Source: Azolla caroliniana
Taxonomy: Eukaryota > Plantae > Polypodiophyta
DNA: 64,000 nt
Reading direction: 5' to 3'
NCBI GenBank assembly: GCA_043228905.1
Contig: JBHGNT010000004.1
Coordinates: forward strand, 25,234,001-25,298,000
Below, one piece after another: positions 1 through 14,355 of the stretch. Numbering within the stretch: position 1 is the stretch's first letter; every line of letters starts with the position of its first letter. The position numbers were made by a program, and so were the translations under genes. The notes beneath the pieces were generated by a model that saw only the letters and a list, made by a program, of their open reading frames with translations, had not been told where the DNA came from and made no database searches.

Positions 1-994
1 ACTAATCACTTGTCATATTTGATCCAATAATCACCTCTCTCTTCCGATTCTCTTCATACATCTACATAACCACACATGCATTGATCTAATCACCCAATGT
101 TTGTAACAAGGTTGTTCTCGTCTGGATGTGTGAATTAGGGGCTAAGTTTTGTACTCTGGCCTTAACAAGTTCTTGTTTTATAGAGTCTAGTTTGAATTTA
201 GGGTATCCATCATTCTAGCCTTGTAGAACTCATGTATCATGAGTTGAGGTTGGTTCCCTTGCCTTGGTCAATCATCTAAAGAGGATTAGGACAACTCACT
301 TTTCGTGGATTAGGCCAATTCATCCATTGCGGGCTACATGTGTTTCGTCCTTTGTGGAGTTCGGGCAAACCATCATTTGTGAACCAAAGGTGAGTTGTCC
401 CATTCTCTAAATGGGTGAATTGAGGTTTATGCGATAGATGCATTGATTGAGTGAGTGAGTGAGTGAGTGGGACCTTACTATTTATTAGATGGGCGCCCCA
501 TGATATTACATTGAGCAATAGACATTTTTCCTTAAAATTAATTGCCTACTTACTGTACTACTCAGAAGGAGATCATCTGGTTAGAAGATTAGTTGGAGTT
601 GTATTATTAATGAATATTTGGGAAAAAAAGGAAGAAAACATTGGGAGGTAATTAATGGTTTAATGAAAAGGGGTTAGTAAACATTTAAGTGAGATAAGAA
701 ATGCTCCATAAAAAGTGAGGGAGGGTCTTTTGTTGGTGAGGTTGGGGTGGGCAAGTCGTCATATATGCGGCCACAACGGGGCAAACTCAATGACTAGCAC
801 TAGGGTAGGAGAGGACCATAGGAACCATACGAATTGAGTTCCGAGGCGAGGAGTGTTATGTCCAAGAGCACTTGACTGGCGAGAAGGAGAGTCTTCAGTT
901 GGAGTTGGAGGAGTTGATGGCAGCCAAGAGAGTAGTAGAACCACGAGAATGCAGGACAGGGGAGGCGACCCCCTATGCTCTGGAATGTGACCCA

Positions 995-1385
995 TCATTC
1001 ATCATCCATCATTCATTGTTCATTGTTCATCGTTCAACATTCAACATTCATCATTCATCATCCATTCAACATTCACCATCCATTCATAATTCATCATCCA
1101 TTCATAATTCATCATCCATTCATAACTCATCATCCATTCATAATTCATCATCCATTCATAACTCATCATCCATTCATAACTCATCCTCCATCCTCCATCC
1201 TTCGTCGTTTGTCGTTCATCATTCACCATCATAATTATTCATCGTTCATCATTCATAATCATAATTAATCATCGTTCATAATCATCATTATTCATCGTTC
1301 ACCATTCATCATCATAATTAATGATCGTTCATAATTCATAATCATCATTCATCATTACCATAATCGTTCATTGCGCATTATTATC
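995..1385. repeat. Low-complexity minisatellite; core 18-bp unit CATTCATAAYTCATCATC (~1081-1186) grading into degenerate CAT/ATC/GTTCAT repeats
   Basis: Direct tandem periodicity is visible; it produces the repetitive SSSIHN / HHPFII ORFs in the ORF track. Confidence 0.9.
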
Positions 1386-1803
1386 ATACGGAGAGCGAGA
1401 CATCTCCATAGATCAGAAGAGAGAGAGAGAGAGAGAGGTATGTGTTGGAATGAATGGGTTTTAATCCTCTTTTTTTTTGTACGACAGAAAAGGAAGTAGC
1501 AAAAAGGCACCTTCCTTCTTCCCATGAAAAAAAAACAAAAACAAAAAACAAAACCTACCGTTGGATAAAGCGAAGATACAAAAAAGCAGAAAGCAGAGAA
1601 AAGCAGACGCCTTCCCAGATGAAAAAAAAGCAGAACACAAAAAGAAGAAGAAAGAAGACAAAAAAAGAAAGGGAAAGAAAGAAGCCCCCTCTTCAGCAAA
1701 TGCAGTGAGTGCAGCCTGCAAACAGAAAGAGAGAAGAATCGGACCGTTGCGTCGAATCTTCTTTCTTTTCTTTTCCTCTGTTTTTGTCCATTCCCTCTCT
1801 CAG

Positions 1804-1804
1804 G

Positions 1805-1839
<35 letters not shown>

Positions 1840-2045
1840 TTCTGTATTTCTTGTCTCAATTCTTTCTAGAATCATCTTTCTCTGCAGAGTTATCAGCTTT
1901 TAGGGTTTTTTTTATTTCTGCCCTCTCCAGTTTTTCATGCTTCTAGGGTTTTGCATTTTATAGGATTTCTGTCATGTAGGGTTTTGGTTTCTGCCTTCTT
2001 CAGTTTTCATGGTTTTTTAGGGCTTTTGCATATTCCTAGGGGTTT
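1804..2045 (+). promoter_or_regulatory. Probable 5'-UTR intron of the LRR-RLK with clustered telo-box-like TAGGGTTT motifs
   Basis: CAG|GTAAAT donor at 1804 followed by (TC)n. TAGGGTTT or near matches occur at about 1901, 1944, 1961, 1977, 2018 and 2037. The acceptor is ambiguous (several AG candidates up to 2142). Confidence 0.4.
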
Positions 2046-2197
2046 CAGTTTTTCTTTTCTTGATTCTTTCCTTTTTCTCTAGCTGTTCCTCGTTTTTCAT
2101 TGCTAGGGAGGTCTCTAATTTGGTAGCATTATCATATCTCAGGATTTGTATTTTTTCCGCTTCAATATCATTTTGCTAGAGGGGGGGGGTTTCATTC

Positions 2198-4677
2198 ATG
2201 GCGTTTTGGATTTTCATCTGCACAGAGGGAGAGAGATTGAGAAAGCAGTCAATTTCAATGGCTTCCCCAGCTCAATATGCAGTCCTACTAATCTTGGCCA
2301 TGTTTATAGCCATGCCCATGTATGCGAAAGCAAACAATTCATCAACCGATTACTCTGCCTTAATGGCATTCAAGGGGAGTTTATCCAACTCCTCTCAGCA
2401 CTTAGGTTCATGGAAAGAAGAAGGAGGAGGAGGAGAAGAAAGACAAGCAGGAGATGGACCTTGCTCAGGGTCATGGCATGGAGTAAGTTGTGATAAGGGG
2501 CGGGTCACACGCCTCGTGCTAGAAAACATGAACCTCTCTGGTTCCATCCAACCCCTCATGAATCTTGATATGCTTCGGGTCCTCAGCCTCACCAATAACT
2601 CATTCAATACAAACCTATCCAACTTCAGCAATCTGATGCATCTGAGATTTCTATATCTTTCCCACAACAACTTCTTTGGACCTATTCCTAGCTCAATATC
2701 ATCGATATCTCGATTGTATCGCCTCGATCTCTCATTTAACATGCTAAACGGAAGCATCCCTTCGTCAATGACCCGATTGAGTAACTTATTGACCCTGAGG
2801 TTGGAAGAAAATGAGCTCTCTGGCTCCATTCCTGATTTAAAACTAGCTAATTTGCAAGGATTCAATGTTTCCCAAAATGGGTTATCTGGTGTCATCCCAT
2901 CGTCATTGTCTGTGTTTGATAACTCCTCCTTCTTAGGTAATAAAGGACTTTGTGGGATGCCTCTTGGCTCATGTCAGGGGCCAAATGTTACGAAATCCAT
3001 GGTCAATGATAACAACCTGGCGCCTATTTCCTCGACGCCGAGCTCATTCCAAGCCTTATCAGGGCCACAGTCTCCCGAAACCCCCCAGTCAAATAAGAAA
3101 TCAAGGTCGAGAATCGGACCAAGAATGCTTATAGCTATCATCGTTGGGGATATTGCAGTGGTGGTATTGATCACTTTCCTTGTGATTATCTACTATAAAA
3201 GGAAGTATGCAATGGAAGTAGCTATGTCAAGTAGGAATCATTCCACAAAACCAAAGGATGCTAAGAATCTATCTCATCCTTTGGATTCCGCCTATCCTTC
3301 TTACGATAAGGCGGAGCCAGAAAAGGGTAAACTTGTGTTTGTTGTGGATAGTAGAAAACAATTTGAGCTAGAAGACCTTCTTCGTGCCTCAGCTGAGATG
3401 CTTGGTAAAGGTAGTTTTGGGACGGCATATCGCGCGGTGTTGGAAGATGGTTCAGTGGTGGTCGTAAAAAGACTAAAAGAAATGAGTAATAGTTCAGGAA
3501 AGAGAGAGTTTGAGCAGCATATGGATATGATTGGAAGGCTTAAGCATCCCAATGTGGTTTGTCTCAGAGCTTACTTCTATGCCAAGGAAGAGAAGCTTCT
3601 GGTTTATGATTATCTCCCATCAGGGAATCTTTACTCTCTTCTTCATGGTAAAGCCCAATGAGAAGTATGTGTATGTGAATGTGTATGGCTATGGCTATGG
3701 CTATGGGCATGTGTATGCTATTTATTGTGAACAAAATCTATATGCATGCGTACATTCTTGTGTATGTATATGTATGTCAATATGTATGTTTGTGTATGTA
3801 TGTTTGCAACCATTTTTTGTGATAACATCGAGGTTTCCCATCAGTAATATATTATGAGTTTACATATACATATGCATGTGTATGTATATGTATATGTGTA
3901 TATTTCGATATAGATAATATTTGTATTTGAATTTCTATATGAACTTATGGTGAATGAAACCCCACATAGAACTTTGTTTTGAAATAACCTATTGATTTTT
4001 TATTGTGTATAGGTAATCGAGGCTATGGAAGGACACCTCTGGATTGGACGACAAGGTTGAAGATTGCACTGGGGGCGGCTCGAGGGTTAGCTTTCCTCCA
4101 CCACCAATGCAAGTCTCAAAACTTACCCCATGGGAATATCAAGTCATGCAACATTGTGATTGATAAGAATGGGAATGCATGCATTTCTGACTTTGGTCTT
4201 GCATTGTTGGCGAGTAATATGTCTACCTTCATCTCCACACGAATGAGTGGCCATCGGGCCCCAGAGCAAAATGTGAAGAAAATCCTTTCGCTGAAAGCTG
4301 ACGTGTATGCTTTTGGTGTTGTACTGCTAGAGATTTTGACTGGGAAAGCTCCTGACCGCCCATATGGTCCGGATAAGAAAACCTTGGATTTGCCAAAATG
4401 GGTTCAATCAGTGGTGCAAGAGGAATGGACAGCGGAGGTGTTCGACATTGAGCTCATGAAGTATAAGAACATTGAGGAAGAGATGGTGACTTTACTTCAA
4501 ATTGCTATGGCTTGTGTCACAGAGGCTCCAGATCATCGTCCCAAGATGAGCCAAGTTGTGAGAATGATTGAGAATATAGTGGTTGACGATGGTGTTGAGA
4601 ACGTTGCGTCAAAAGATAACTCGTTCGAGTCTTTGTCCTTATCACCTGGTGCCTCTGAGGACACTGCAACAACATAA
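2198..4677 (+). CDS. Leucine-rich repeat receptor-like kinase, LRR-III type (probable atypical/inactive kinase)
   Basis: Exon 1 is 2198 (or ATG 2258, which precedes a hydrophobic signal peptide) to 3647. Intron is GT 3648 to AG 4012. Exon 2 is 4013-4677. The splice restores [15 protein letters not shown]. Domains: LRR N-cap (C..WHGVSC), about 5 LRRs (LxxNxLxGxIP), GNKGLCG cap, TM helix [80 protein letters not shown]. Confidence 0.95.
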
Positions 4678-6334
4678 GAAAGATCATATAGTTGATTCAT
4701 GAGAAGAGGCTTGTCGGACCTTGTTCTTTAAGGTGCCGAAGAAGAAGAAAAACACATTCCCCTCTCTATATGCTCATATTGATATGCCATTGCTTATATT
4801 GTTGTAGTAAGATGGATGTTTGGGTTGGATCACTCTCTACTCATGACTATGATCACGGTGGATGTGATATTCATCTGATACCAAGCAAATCGTTATTTTA
4901 TTTATCAAGGTATTTCATGTCTGCTTCAAACCTAACACGAAACCCTTGGTTTTTAGAAAAAGTCACCAACCAATGCAGTATACTCCCTCCCATGTCTCTA
5001 CTAGCTCAATGACAAATGATAATAAAACAAAATTGTCCCTAAAAACTCGTTGTGAACTTAATGATCTGGAATAGAAACCTTCGTTGGTTTTAAAGAAATA
5101 ATCAGGACCTTGTATCCTACTGTGTGCTGTGCTGATAATGTCTCAGCATAAAACCAGTAACTAAATATGTAGGTGTCAGATGACCTGGTGAAAACCAGTA
5201 ATGTACATGACAATTTGTGTTTGCTGAGTCTTTTAAACCTGGTTCACACATGGATTAGTGAGAATAAGGATGGTGGCAAACAAGGGTTTTTGACAATTAA
5301 AGCTTGTATATGTGATTGATTGAATAGTTTTTTAATCCTACTTGGTACAATGTCAATATATGTTTCCCCTTTAGAAAGGTTGTGTCCTTCACTATGGCCT
5401 ATCGTACTATGTCAATCATGTCTTCGAACAATAGACATACCCTACATCCTTCAAAGTAAGTTCTTGTTGAAGTAATGATAATTGTTTACTTTCTGGAGAT
5501 CCACCACAATTCTGTTCCACATATAGTCAGGTTTCGGGTATTCCATCAATCTAATTTTAAGGTCCATGGGAAAATTCAGAAATAACCTAGAGTAAGTCCC
5601 AAAACAAAAAGATGAACATGTAACTAATTCAAGCATTATAAATCACTCTAGTTTCAAGCTTCTATATTCAAAGCGTTCATTGGATAACCTTACATTTTCT
5701 GTATTTCACGTAATGCCCTTGGCCAACCCCTCAAAACAAAGAAAAAAAGGACGAGTTTAACATATATATGTTGCTAAAGAAAACGGTGGATATATTGTTT
5801 GTTACAATTGCTTGAATAACACGCATGTTTCTTATCCTTGAATCCCCCCCCTATGGTCGACCCTCGAAAAAGAGGAAAGAGGGGACAAAATGAGCATACC
5901 TACATACAATACAATATGTACATACATACATACTACACATGTCGTTACCCTCCGAACTCGTCCTCTTGATAGGTTCTCCAAACAGAGGAAAGAGGGGACG
6001 AATTAAGTATATGTACACATTGCTCGTAAGATGGGGGAGTGAATTCGCCATAGTGATAGATGAACTAAGCAGCGCACACGAAACCATGCTCCAAGAGAGA
6101 TGGATCGAGTGGCGATAGTAGTTATGGAAATAAGAAAGAATTGTAGGGGTATGCCAGTGAAATAAAGGAAAAGTCAGGGGTAGTTTTTGGAGCAGAGTGT
6201 TGCTTTTGCTTGTCTGGCCAGCTCTGTACACACATCAAAATCCCAACACTAATTGAGGATACAGAGGAAACTCAGCCATAGAATCAGTGAAGAAGAAAGA
6301 CAGAAGAAGAAGACAGAAGACAGAAGACAGGAGC

Positions 6335-9300
6335 ATGGAGATGGGTTTTTGTGCTTCATCTTTCTCCCTCAGAGAGCCTCCTCCATGTGGAGAGGCGGGG
6401 CTTAATGGACCCATGAAAACGATGGGATGGAATATTAAGGTAAAAACTTTCGTTAGTTTTGTGCTCTGTATATCTGTCTGTCTTCGATTACCAAGGAATT
6501 TGCTTGTCGAGCATTGGGTACAGATAGTGTGTAGGTGACTCTACAATCGCTACTCTAGGTCCCAGCTAATGCATATGCCGTCCCATATTACACTTACAGA
6601 TTTCTTGATGGTTCACGGGGCTTTTCCTGGATATAAATTTCTGGTTTCTCAATGATTTGAGATGCTTTCCTAGACTATAATTACCCAGTATCTCGAAGAT
6701 TTCTGGGATATAGACAATCCCCATCTTTTTGCTGGTTGTGTCATAAAACTAATAATTCTGCTGCTTGGTATCTTTTGTTTCACATGGGAAATAACTGTTC
6801 CATATAGAAAAACCCCATCTTTTTGCAGATTGTGTCGTAAAACTAACAGTTCTGCTGCTTGATATCTTTTGTTCCATACACGGAATACCTATCTCACATC
6901 CAATTAGAAGACTTGTCATGGATACTTTTAAGAGAACATCTCTCATAAAAAAGATGTGCACGCCATTAATCATCCCGAGTAAGATGCTTATTTGGGAAGA
7001 TTATCCAATCCTCTGGAAAGAATCATTTGAAATCCCTTCACTGTTACGACTTTAACATATTTTACATGGAGAATCAATAAAAACAGATATGAAGAAGGGT
7101 TGCGATAATAAACATTCTTTCTTTTAAGCTCTAGCTACAGTGCTTATTTGGGAAGATTTTCCAATTCTATGGAAAGAATCATTTCAAATCCCTTCAGTGT
7201 TACGACTTGAACATAATTTACCTGGAGAATCAGTAAAAACGGATACAAAGAAGGGTTGCAATAACAAACATTCTATCATTCAAGCTCTAGCTACTGTTAA
7301 ATAACAGATTACTAGACATAGATTGCATTGATGACAGAGAGACCAAAAAACATCACCCTTCTGTCTTATTATTACGATAAATGCAAGATATAATAGGATT
7401 GAATGTGGAGTCAGACAAGATGAGAAAGAGAGATTCCTTTTACTAATACATGGGATCCATCCTTTTTCTTCACGTTCTATATGGTATTCAGTTGTTTTAT
7501 GGCCGCAAATGGTTTTATAGATCACCTGATCAGTTTTACTTGATCCCTTATGTTTGTGATTTCATGTCCTTGTGTTAGGAGTTGTATAAACATTTTGAAT
7601 GGATACATCAATCTCAAGTAGCCTTAATATTTTCCTTTCTTCTTTCTATTCATATTGCGACCTATATCTTATAGGTATCCCAGTCTTGCCACATGGGTGC
7701 ACCGAGAATGAGAAGTCTGAATTTGAATATGATGGCAACTGCAGTTGACAATTTAACTACAGAGCGCCCATTGGAGGAGCTAGAATCAGATCTTCAATAT
7801 CTTGCAAGTAATGCAAGGCTTGTTCAAGTAAGTGTTCTATAAATTAACTGTAATTGAAAAAGAAAGGAAAAAGCTTCAGGATTCATTTTATTAAAATGCC
7901 ATATGCCAGTGGTATCCAGGGCATATTGCTAAAGCAGAAAAGGAACTGAAGTCACAAGTTAAGTTGATGGATGTTATCATTGAAGTTAGGGATGCAAGAG
8001 CACCAATGGCAACAACTCATCCAGAGGTAATGTATTATCATCTCTAGTTCCCTACTTGAGTAGACAAAAGAATAACTATACATTTCTGTAGCCCCTAAAC
8101 CCTAACGTTAACATCAGATTCTTTATTATGTAAAATCTCTCATCTGAATTTTACATCCAACGAATCCAAACATCCTAGAACATGGACCTTATTGCTCATT
8201 ACATGCTGAAGCACACATTGCTTCATAGATCATGATGTGGACATCTTGTAAGCTCTGGGACAGTTGCAGAGAACCATATAATAATTGTGGATGTAAAAAA
8301 CCATATTTGATTCCCATGAGACATTATCTTGTTCTTTGATGCAATGTCTGATACCACATTGTTATTCTTTTGGGGCCTCTACTATGCTCAAAAATGCCAC
8401 CTGTGCTTTCCTCTTTCAGGGATATGGTGGGATTCCTACAATTTTTGCCATAGAAAACATCTGTTAACCTAATTCGATATGTAGCATACAATATGAAGTT
8501 TGATGGTGAACAAAACAAGATGCTAACATAAGCGATGCAACCAACAAGAATGAAAACAAACGAGTAAATGATTTCAATCAAAGAGATTTCAGCAATGTTC
8601 AAAGGCATTCCTTTCAGACACATCTCCAAGAAAATGAAATAACCTTCCAAATCAAGAAATTGTCATCAAGCTCCAGTTTTCGCATTTGAACTTGATTCAG
8701 ACAGATGTTTCAGATTATGCCAATATTTCAACATGTTTCAATATAAGTGATGACGCAACCAACAAGAATGAAAACAAGTGATGAGTAGATAATTTCAATT
8801 GAAGAGATTTCATCAATGTTCAAAGGTGTTTTTTTCAGACACATGTACAAGAGAATGACATAACTTTCCAATTTTTCATCAAGCCCTGCAGTTTTTGCAT
8901 GTCAACTTGATTCAGACACGTGTTTCGGATTATGCCACTATTTTTCAACCCAAAATTTGGTACGCCACCAAAAGTTATAAACCATACCTTATAGGGCCAC
9001 TCCAAAATAACAAGCCCAATGGTTGTCTTTGCATTGCCCATTGTGCAAAGAGTGTTCTCTGGTATTATGAGACGAAGGTTCTTCTGAAATTGGCTACACA
9101 GCTATTCTGATGATCTAAGCTGGTATATTTATAAAAAGAAGTTAGGTGTATACAATAAAATGGAGGGACCCCCAGTGTCCTCAGTCACCTAGTCATACAA
9201 CCCCAGTAGGCTGGGCACACCACTGTCTTCAGGGGAACCTTTCCCATAAGCTTTCTTTGATTAGAGGGTCATTGGTCTCATATAACTGGTGCCTAAAGAT

Positions 9301-12300
9301 GGGTTTGATGAGAAACTCACTTGCATGATTTGAAAATCAGAGCGGGGTGTTGTTACATCTTTTATGGGCCTTTGGTGATGATGGCAAATCCCCTCCCGTA
9401 GATGGCTGATCGTCAAGCTCTATACACCTATTCCCCATTCTTAGATGAAGGAATCCTGATTTCCCAACATGATGCAATATACTCCTGGTCTCTTTTCTGG
9501 AAATTCTCTTTTGGGGACTCCATAACCTTCAATAATATGTTTTTATCAGATCCTATTTTATACATATCAGACTTTTCTGGAGGGTTGGTGGACGTGGCAA
9601 ATCCATGTTGAGGCCAGAATGGGGCAAAAAGTATCCATGATGGCTGACCATGTCAAGCTCTATACACCTTTTACCCTTAGATGTAGGAATCCTGATTTCT
9701 CATATAATACAATATACCCATGGTCTCTTTTCTGGAACTTTTCTTTCAGGGACTCCATAACCTTTAACAATGTGCTCTTTTGAGATCTTATCTTATATAT
9801 ATCAGATCTTTTTGGAGGGTAAGCAGAGGTGGCAAATCCATGTCAAGGCCAGAATGGGAAAATTAGTATCTATGGGGTTGAAAGGTGTTTAATGATGTGT
9901 ATGACCACTAAAGAGAGATGGACCCACTTGGTATGTATGTAGATTATAGTATGTATGAAGTGCGCAACACATTTGTCTTCTTGATCCTTTGCGAGAACTA
10001 GGATCTTACGTGGTTGCTTTTTTGAGTTTTTGCACATGTTCTCATAGTAATTGCAGCTTTTAGGCATCTATCTGCCTTGCACACTTCATATACCATGAAG
10101 CATCAGGACACATGGCAATTCTGATAGACTTTATGCACAGGTCATAGAAACTCGGCAAAGACAAAGGAAACATGACGGATGCAACTTGAGGGTCATATCA
10201 TCAGTAATTTCTAGAACTGTCAAAGAGTAGTAGTCTTTTCTCTCATTTTTTGTTATAAACTCTCTTAGATCTTATTGATAACAAATGTTTCTACATTTGA
10301 TGGATCTAGGAGAGCAACATGATTGACATACTAATAAACTTGATGAATTAAATAGAGCCAACTGTAGGGTTATGACATTCGAGAAACCTGGAGGTTCTTT
10401 AAATGTCATATATAGAATTTGATATATCTACGAGATCCAATGCATGTATAGCATCAATCTATGAGATCCAAATGATCATATGTGCTAAGGACATTTTTTA
10501 AACAAATAACAGTGCATGTACTTCAGCATTGACTGCTGGGCACTTTATCTCTGCGCACATAATATATAGAATGGAGGGGCTAGTCGGGCTATGGCTTTTC
10601 TATATTTTGTTTAATGGAAAATTCTTATGTTCTGCGACAACTGTCCCTTATATTAAGGCTTTTAAGCATTCGTATATCATGTATTTAGTAAGCATATGCT
10701 TAGGCTTTTAAGCATTTGCATATCATTAATTGAGTAAGCATATGCTTCAATCATCTCTTCCATTGTTCTCATATAGAAAACAATATCTGCACTTGTAATC
10801 TCTTGTTGAGTCTTGTAAGCCATTTTCATCTTTTGAAGTATTAATCTCCTTCCTTCCTTTCTTTCTTTGTGTGTGCACTTGCTCTGAATGTTTTCTGCAC
10901 TAAAGCAAAACTACATTTCGTCAGCCTTCCTTTTGACAAACAATGTCTTCTTTCTTGCTAATGTTTGACTGTCCCTTAATGAATAAAAAATCAGAGGTCA
11001 TACAAGATTGCTGATTGTATGATTTAAGGATATGTCATTTGGTACAAACGCTAACCCCTAAACTCCAACCAAGTGTTTCCCTTAAAGTTGATGTAAACAT
11101 GTACTTCCAACCGAATGTTTCTGTTTAACTGCAAGCTACCTCACTGGGGTTTGGATTCTTTACTTTGTCAGATGGATTTGTGGATAAGAGAGAAAAAGAA
11201 AGTTGTGGTCTTGAACCGTGTGGATATGATTTCATCTGCAGAGAAGAACGCATGGGCCAATTATTTTGCCTCAAAAGGAACCACAATCCTTTTCACCGAT
11301 GGGAGGCGTGGTCTGGTAAGCAAAAACAGAGTATTTCATTAACCTCATGCATTGCTGTTAATTAAAGCTTACCTTGTCTCTCTCTTCCTTTTTCCTTTCT
11401 TCAAGGGAACCATGAAACTTGGAAGGATTGTAAGGTCTGTGGCAACAAATATAAATGAAAAACGCAAGGGGAAGGGTCTTCTTCCACGTGCAGTATGTAT
11501 ATGTAATCTATAACTAAAATAATATATTTACTTCGCTATTTCATGCTTTTGTTCATCATCTGCACTCATAGCTATATAAACTAAAGAGGAGATTCCTCTA
11601 AACTATATCACTAATGATCAAAGAGTTATGGTTAGAAGGGTTATGTCTAAATTGCTGAACTTTCAAAATTTTCATGAACCAAACTGACTTTTTTAATGAT
11701 TACAGGGTTTAGAGGAGAGAAAGAAAGAAAGAAAGAACGATATATTAACGTCTTTTAAGAGGCCAAAATGGCCTATAAGACCAAACAAGAGATTACATCT
11801 TAAGTGTTGTCTCGTCTTTGAGAACAAATCAAAATAAAATAAGTATTACTCCGTAAATATAAAAGTAAATAAGATAAAAAGAGACGAGGGAAACTGGTTT
11901 TTGGCACATGTGAGATTCTCAAGTTAGATGTATTTTAACTTTTGTCTTTGAAATATCTCTAGCAAAGGTCAATCCAGAATAGAAAGGTCTCCTAAGTGAG
12001 GGAAGCACCTTCGATGGCAGGAGATAATGGGCTTTTATTTGTCGATGACAAGGGTGTTGAGGTCGTGGTCCATGGGGCCGGGGCCTACGTGCACGACAAA
12101 TTGCTATTGCCCGATCAATTGTAACCCCTTTGTTATGTCCTGGTTGGGAGCCCATTTGTGTATCCCTTGATTGACTTGTAGCATTAGGAGTGATGGGGCT
12201 AAAGAAAGTTGTGATTATTCTGTGTGGATAAGATTGTGTGGCTGTATTCTTCAACAACTTTTCCCGATGTCTCTTCAGCTCTAGCACGAAAAGTCTTAGG

Positions 12301-14316
12301 CACTATTGGTCCTCGTATTCTATTACCTTGCGTAGCGGGCCAAAGCATTGGTTAAAGAGGCAATGTTATCTACCTCTGATTTCATAAAAGACACTACAGT
12401 GACAAACATAGTGTTCTTCGGATTCCACTCCTTGATGACACAATTGGCAAATTCCTTCTAGAGGTGTTCGTGTATATTTGCCGACATCAATCTATAACTG
12501 ATGTGATCAAGTTTGTAGCTGCCCTATCACACTGCGCAGCGCATATGATAGATGTATGTCCATATAAGGTGGCCTGATGATGAATCCATTCACTGATGTG
12601 TGTAAGAAGTGTGTCTTATAGTGGGCCATCTTCGTACCAAGTGATATTTTGGAGCTGATCCATGTTATCTTGTTTTCCAAGTTAATAATATTAGTTCGAA
12701 TCACTCTATTCTTTTCCACTTTGGTCATATTTAGATGGGTACATTCCAAGCTATATTGGAATGGGGGTAGTGTATCTATACTCATGGCATGTGACTCGAA
12801 CCATTGCTGCATTTCAGCATACCAACAATGAATGTCTCCATTTTCAGCAAATTGTCTTGATGACATAAGTGCCAACGTTGGATAAATGTCACTGATCGGA
12901 ACAATGCCTCGGTGATTATAGGTGCTGCTCCCATCCCTGCCCGGATTATATCGTGGGGCATTGATGCTTTGCTCCTTATCATGCGGGCAATCATTGACAC
13001 TAAAGGTCTCTCTAAATCTTTCCAACTATTTTCCTTGTTAAGATTCAGTCCCCATGTTTCTACTCCATAGAGAAGAATTGGTGTGACAAGTGTATCAAAT
13101 AACCATAGCTTAGTTCGTGGCTCTTGGTACTGCAAATGTGCACATTGTCTCTCAAGAGCACCAAGGGCTGCATATCCATGAGAAAGTCGGGCACAAGTAG
13201 CCTCCCGTAAGGAGAACGTAGGCCCTGTAAATGTTACTCCTAGGTATGTGTAGGAGCGTGTGTATTCCACCTTTCCCTCTCGCAAGAAGAAATCCAGTTC
13301 TGATCTTGTTACCCATGCTTGAGTGGTGTTAAATACCATCACTTTAGTTTTATCCATGTTGATTGACAAACCTTTGTCCGTACAAAATAGTTTTAAGGCA
13401 TTTAGATGTCTTTGTGGTCCCTCCGGAGAGTCAGAAATCAGCACAATATCATCAGCATATAGTAATATTTGTATAGCTATACCGGCTAGGTGTGCTCCTA
13501 AACCCCCGAATCTCTCTATGTAATGTGATACCTCATCTATATAGAGACGGAAAGAGTGGGTGATAGCAGGCATCCTTGCTTCATTCCGATTGTGCTAGCC
13601 ACCGCCTCTAACAAACACTTGGAAGACCGCACTTTTCCTGACACAGATTCATAGAGTGCATAGAGATTCCCCATTGCATATCTGTCGGAACACCAAAGGC
13701 TTCTAGCCGTTGCATAAGCCGAGCACATGGCACAGTGTCAAAGGCTTTTCGGAAATCCACACAGCAGCAATAAATCCTCTTATTTTGGGCTCTGCCCTCC
13801 TCAATAAGGGCCCGGAGGGTCAATATGTGATCTAAAGTTGTGAACCCCTTCTGAAAGCTTGCCTGTCCAACTGAATGGCAGCCATTCCGCTCTGCCCTCC
13901 TCAATAAGGGCCCGGAGGGTCAATATGTGATCCAAAGTTGTGAACCCCTTCCGAAAGCTTGCCTGTCCAACTGAATGGCAGCCATTCCTCTCTGCCCATA
14001 TACTCAATTCTGATTCTACAATCAAGCCATATAGTTTAGCCAAGTAATGGCCAATCATGATTGTCCTATAGTTGCTTGGCCTCATGGGGTCTCCACTCTT
14101 GAGGATTGGCACAATGGTATGCTGAGTCCATCTAGTAGGGAAACCTTCATAGATGGCTCTATTAAAGATGTGTGATAACAATGGGAGCAAGGTGTCAAGG
14201 GCATAGATAAAGTGCTCACCCACCAATCCATCATGATCCTGGGCCTTCCCAAATTGTAGCTGATCAATGGCATTTCTTGCATTTTGTAGAGTAAAAAAGG
14301 TTGATTCATGTGGGCG

Positions 14317-14355
<39 letters not shown>

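Noticed and set aside
872-1875. Several 60-120 aa ORFs (SSSIHN repeats, Lys- or Phe-rich)
   Set aside because: These are translations of a minisatellite and of A/G-rich low-complexity promoter/UTR sequence, with no domain signal.
2395-3552. Antisense ORFs within the LRR-RLK
   Set aside because: Reverse-frame shadows of the kinase/LRR coding sequence.
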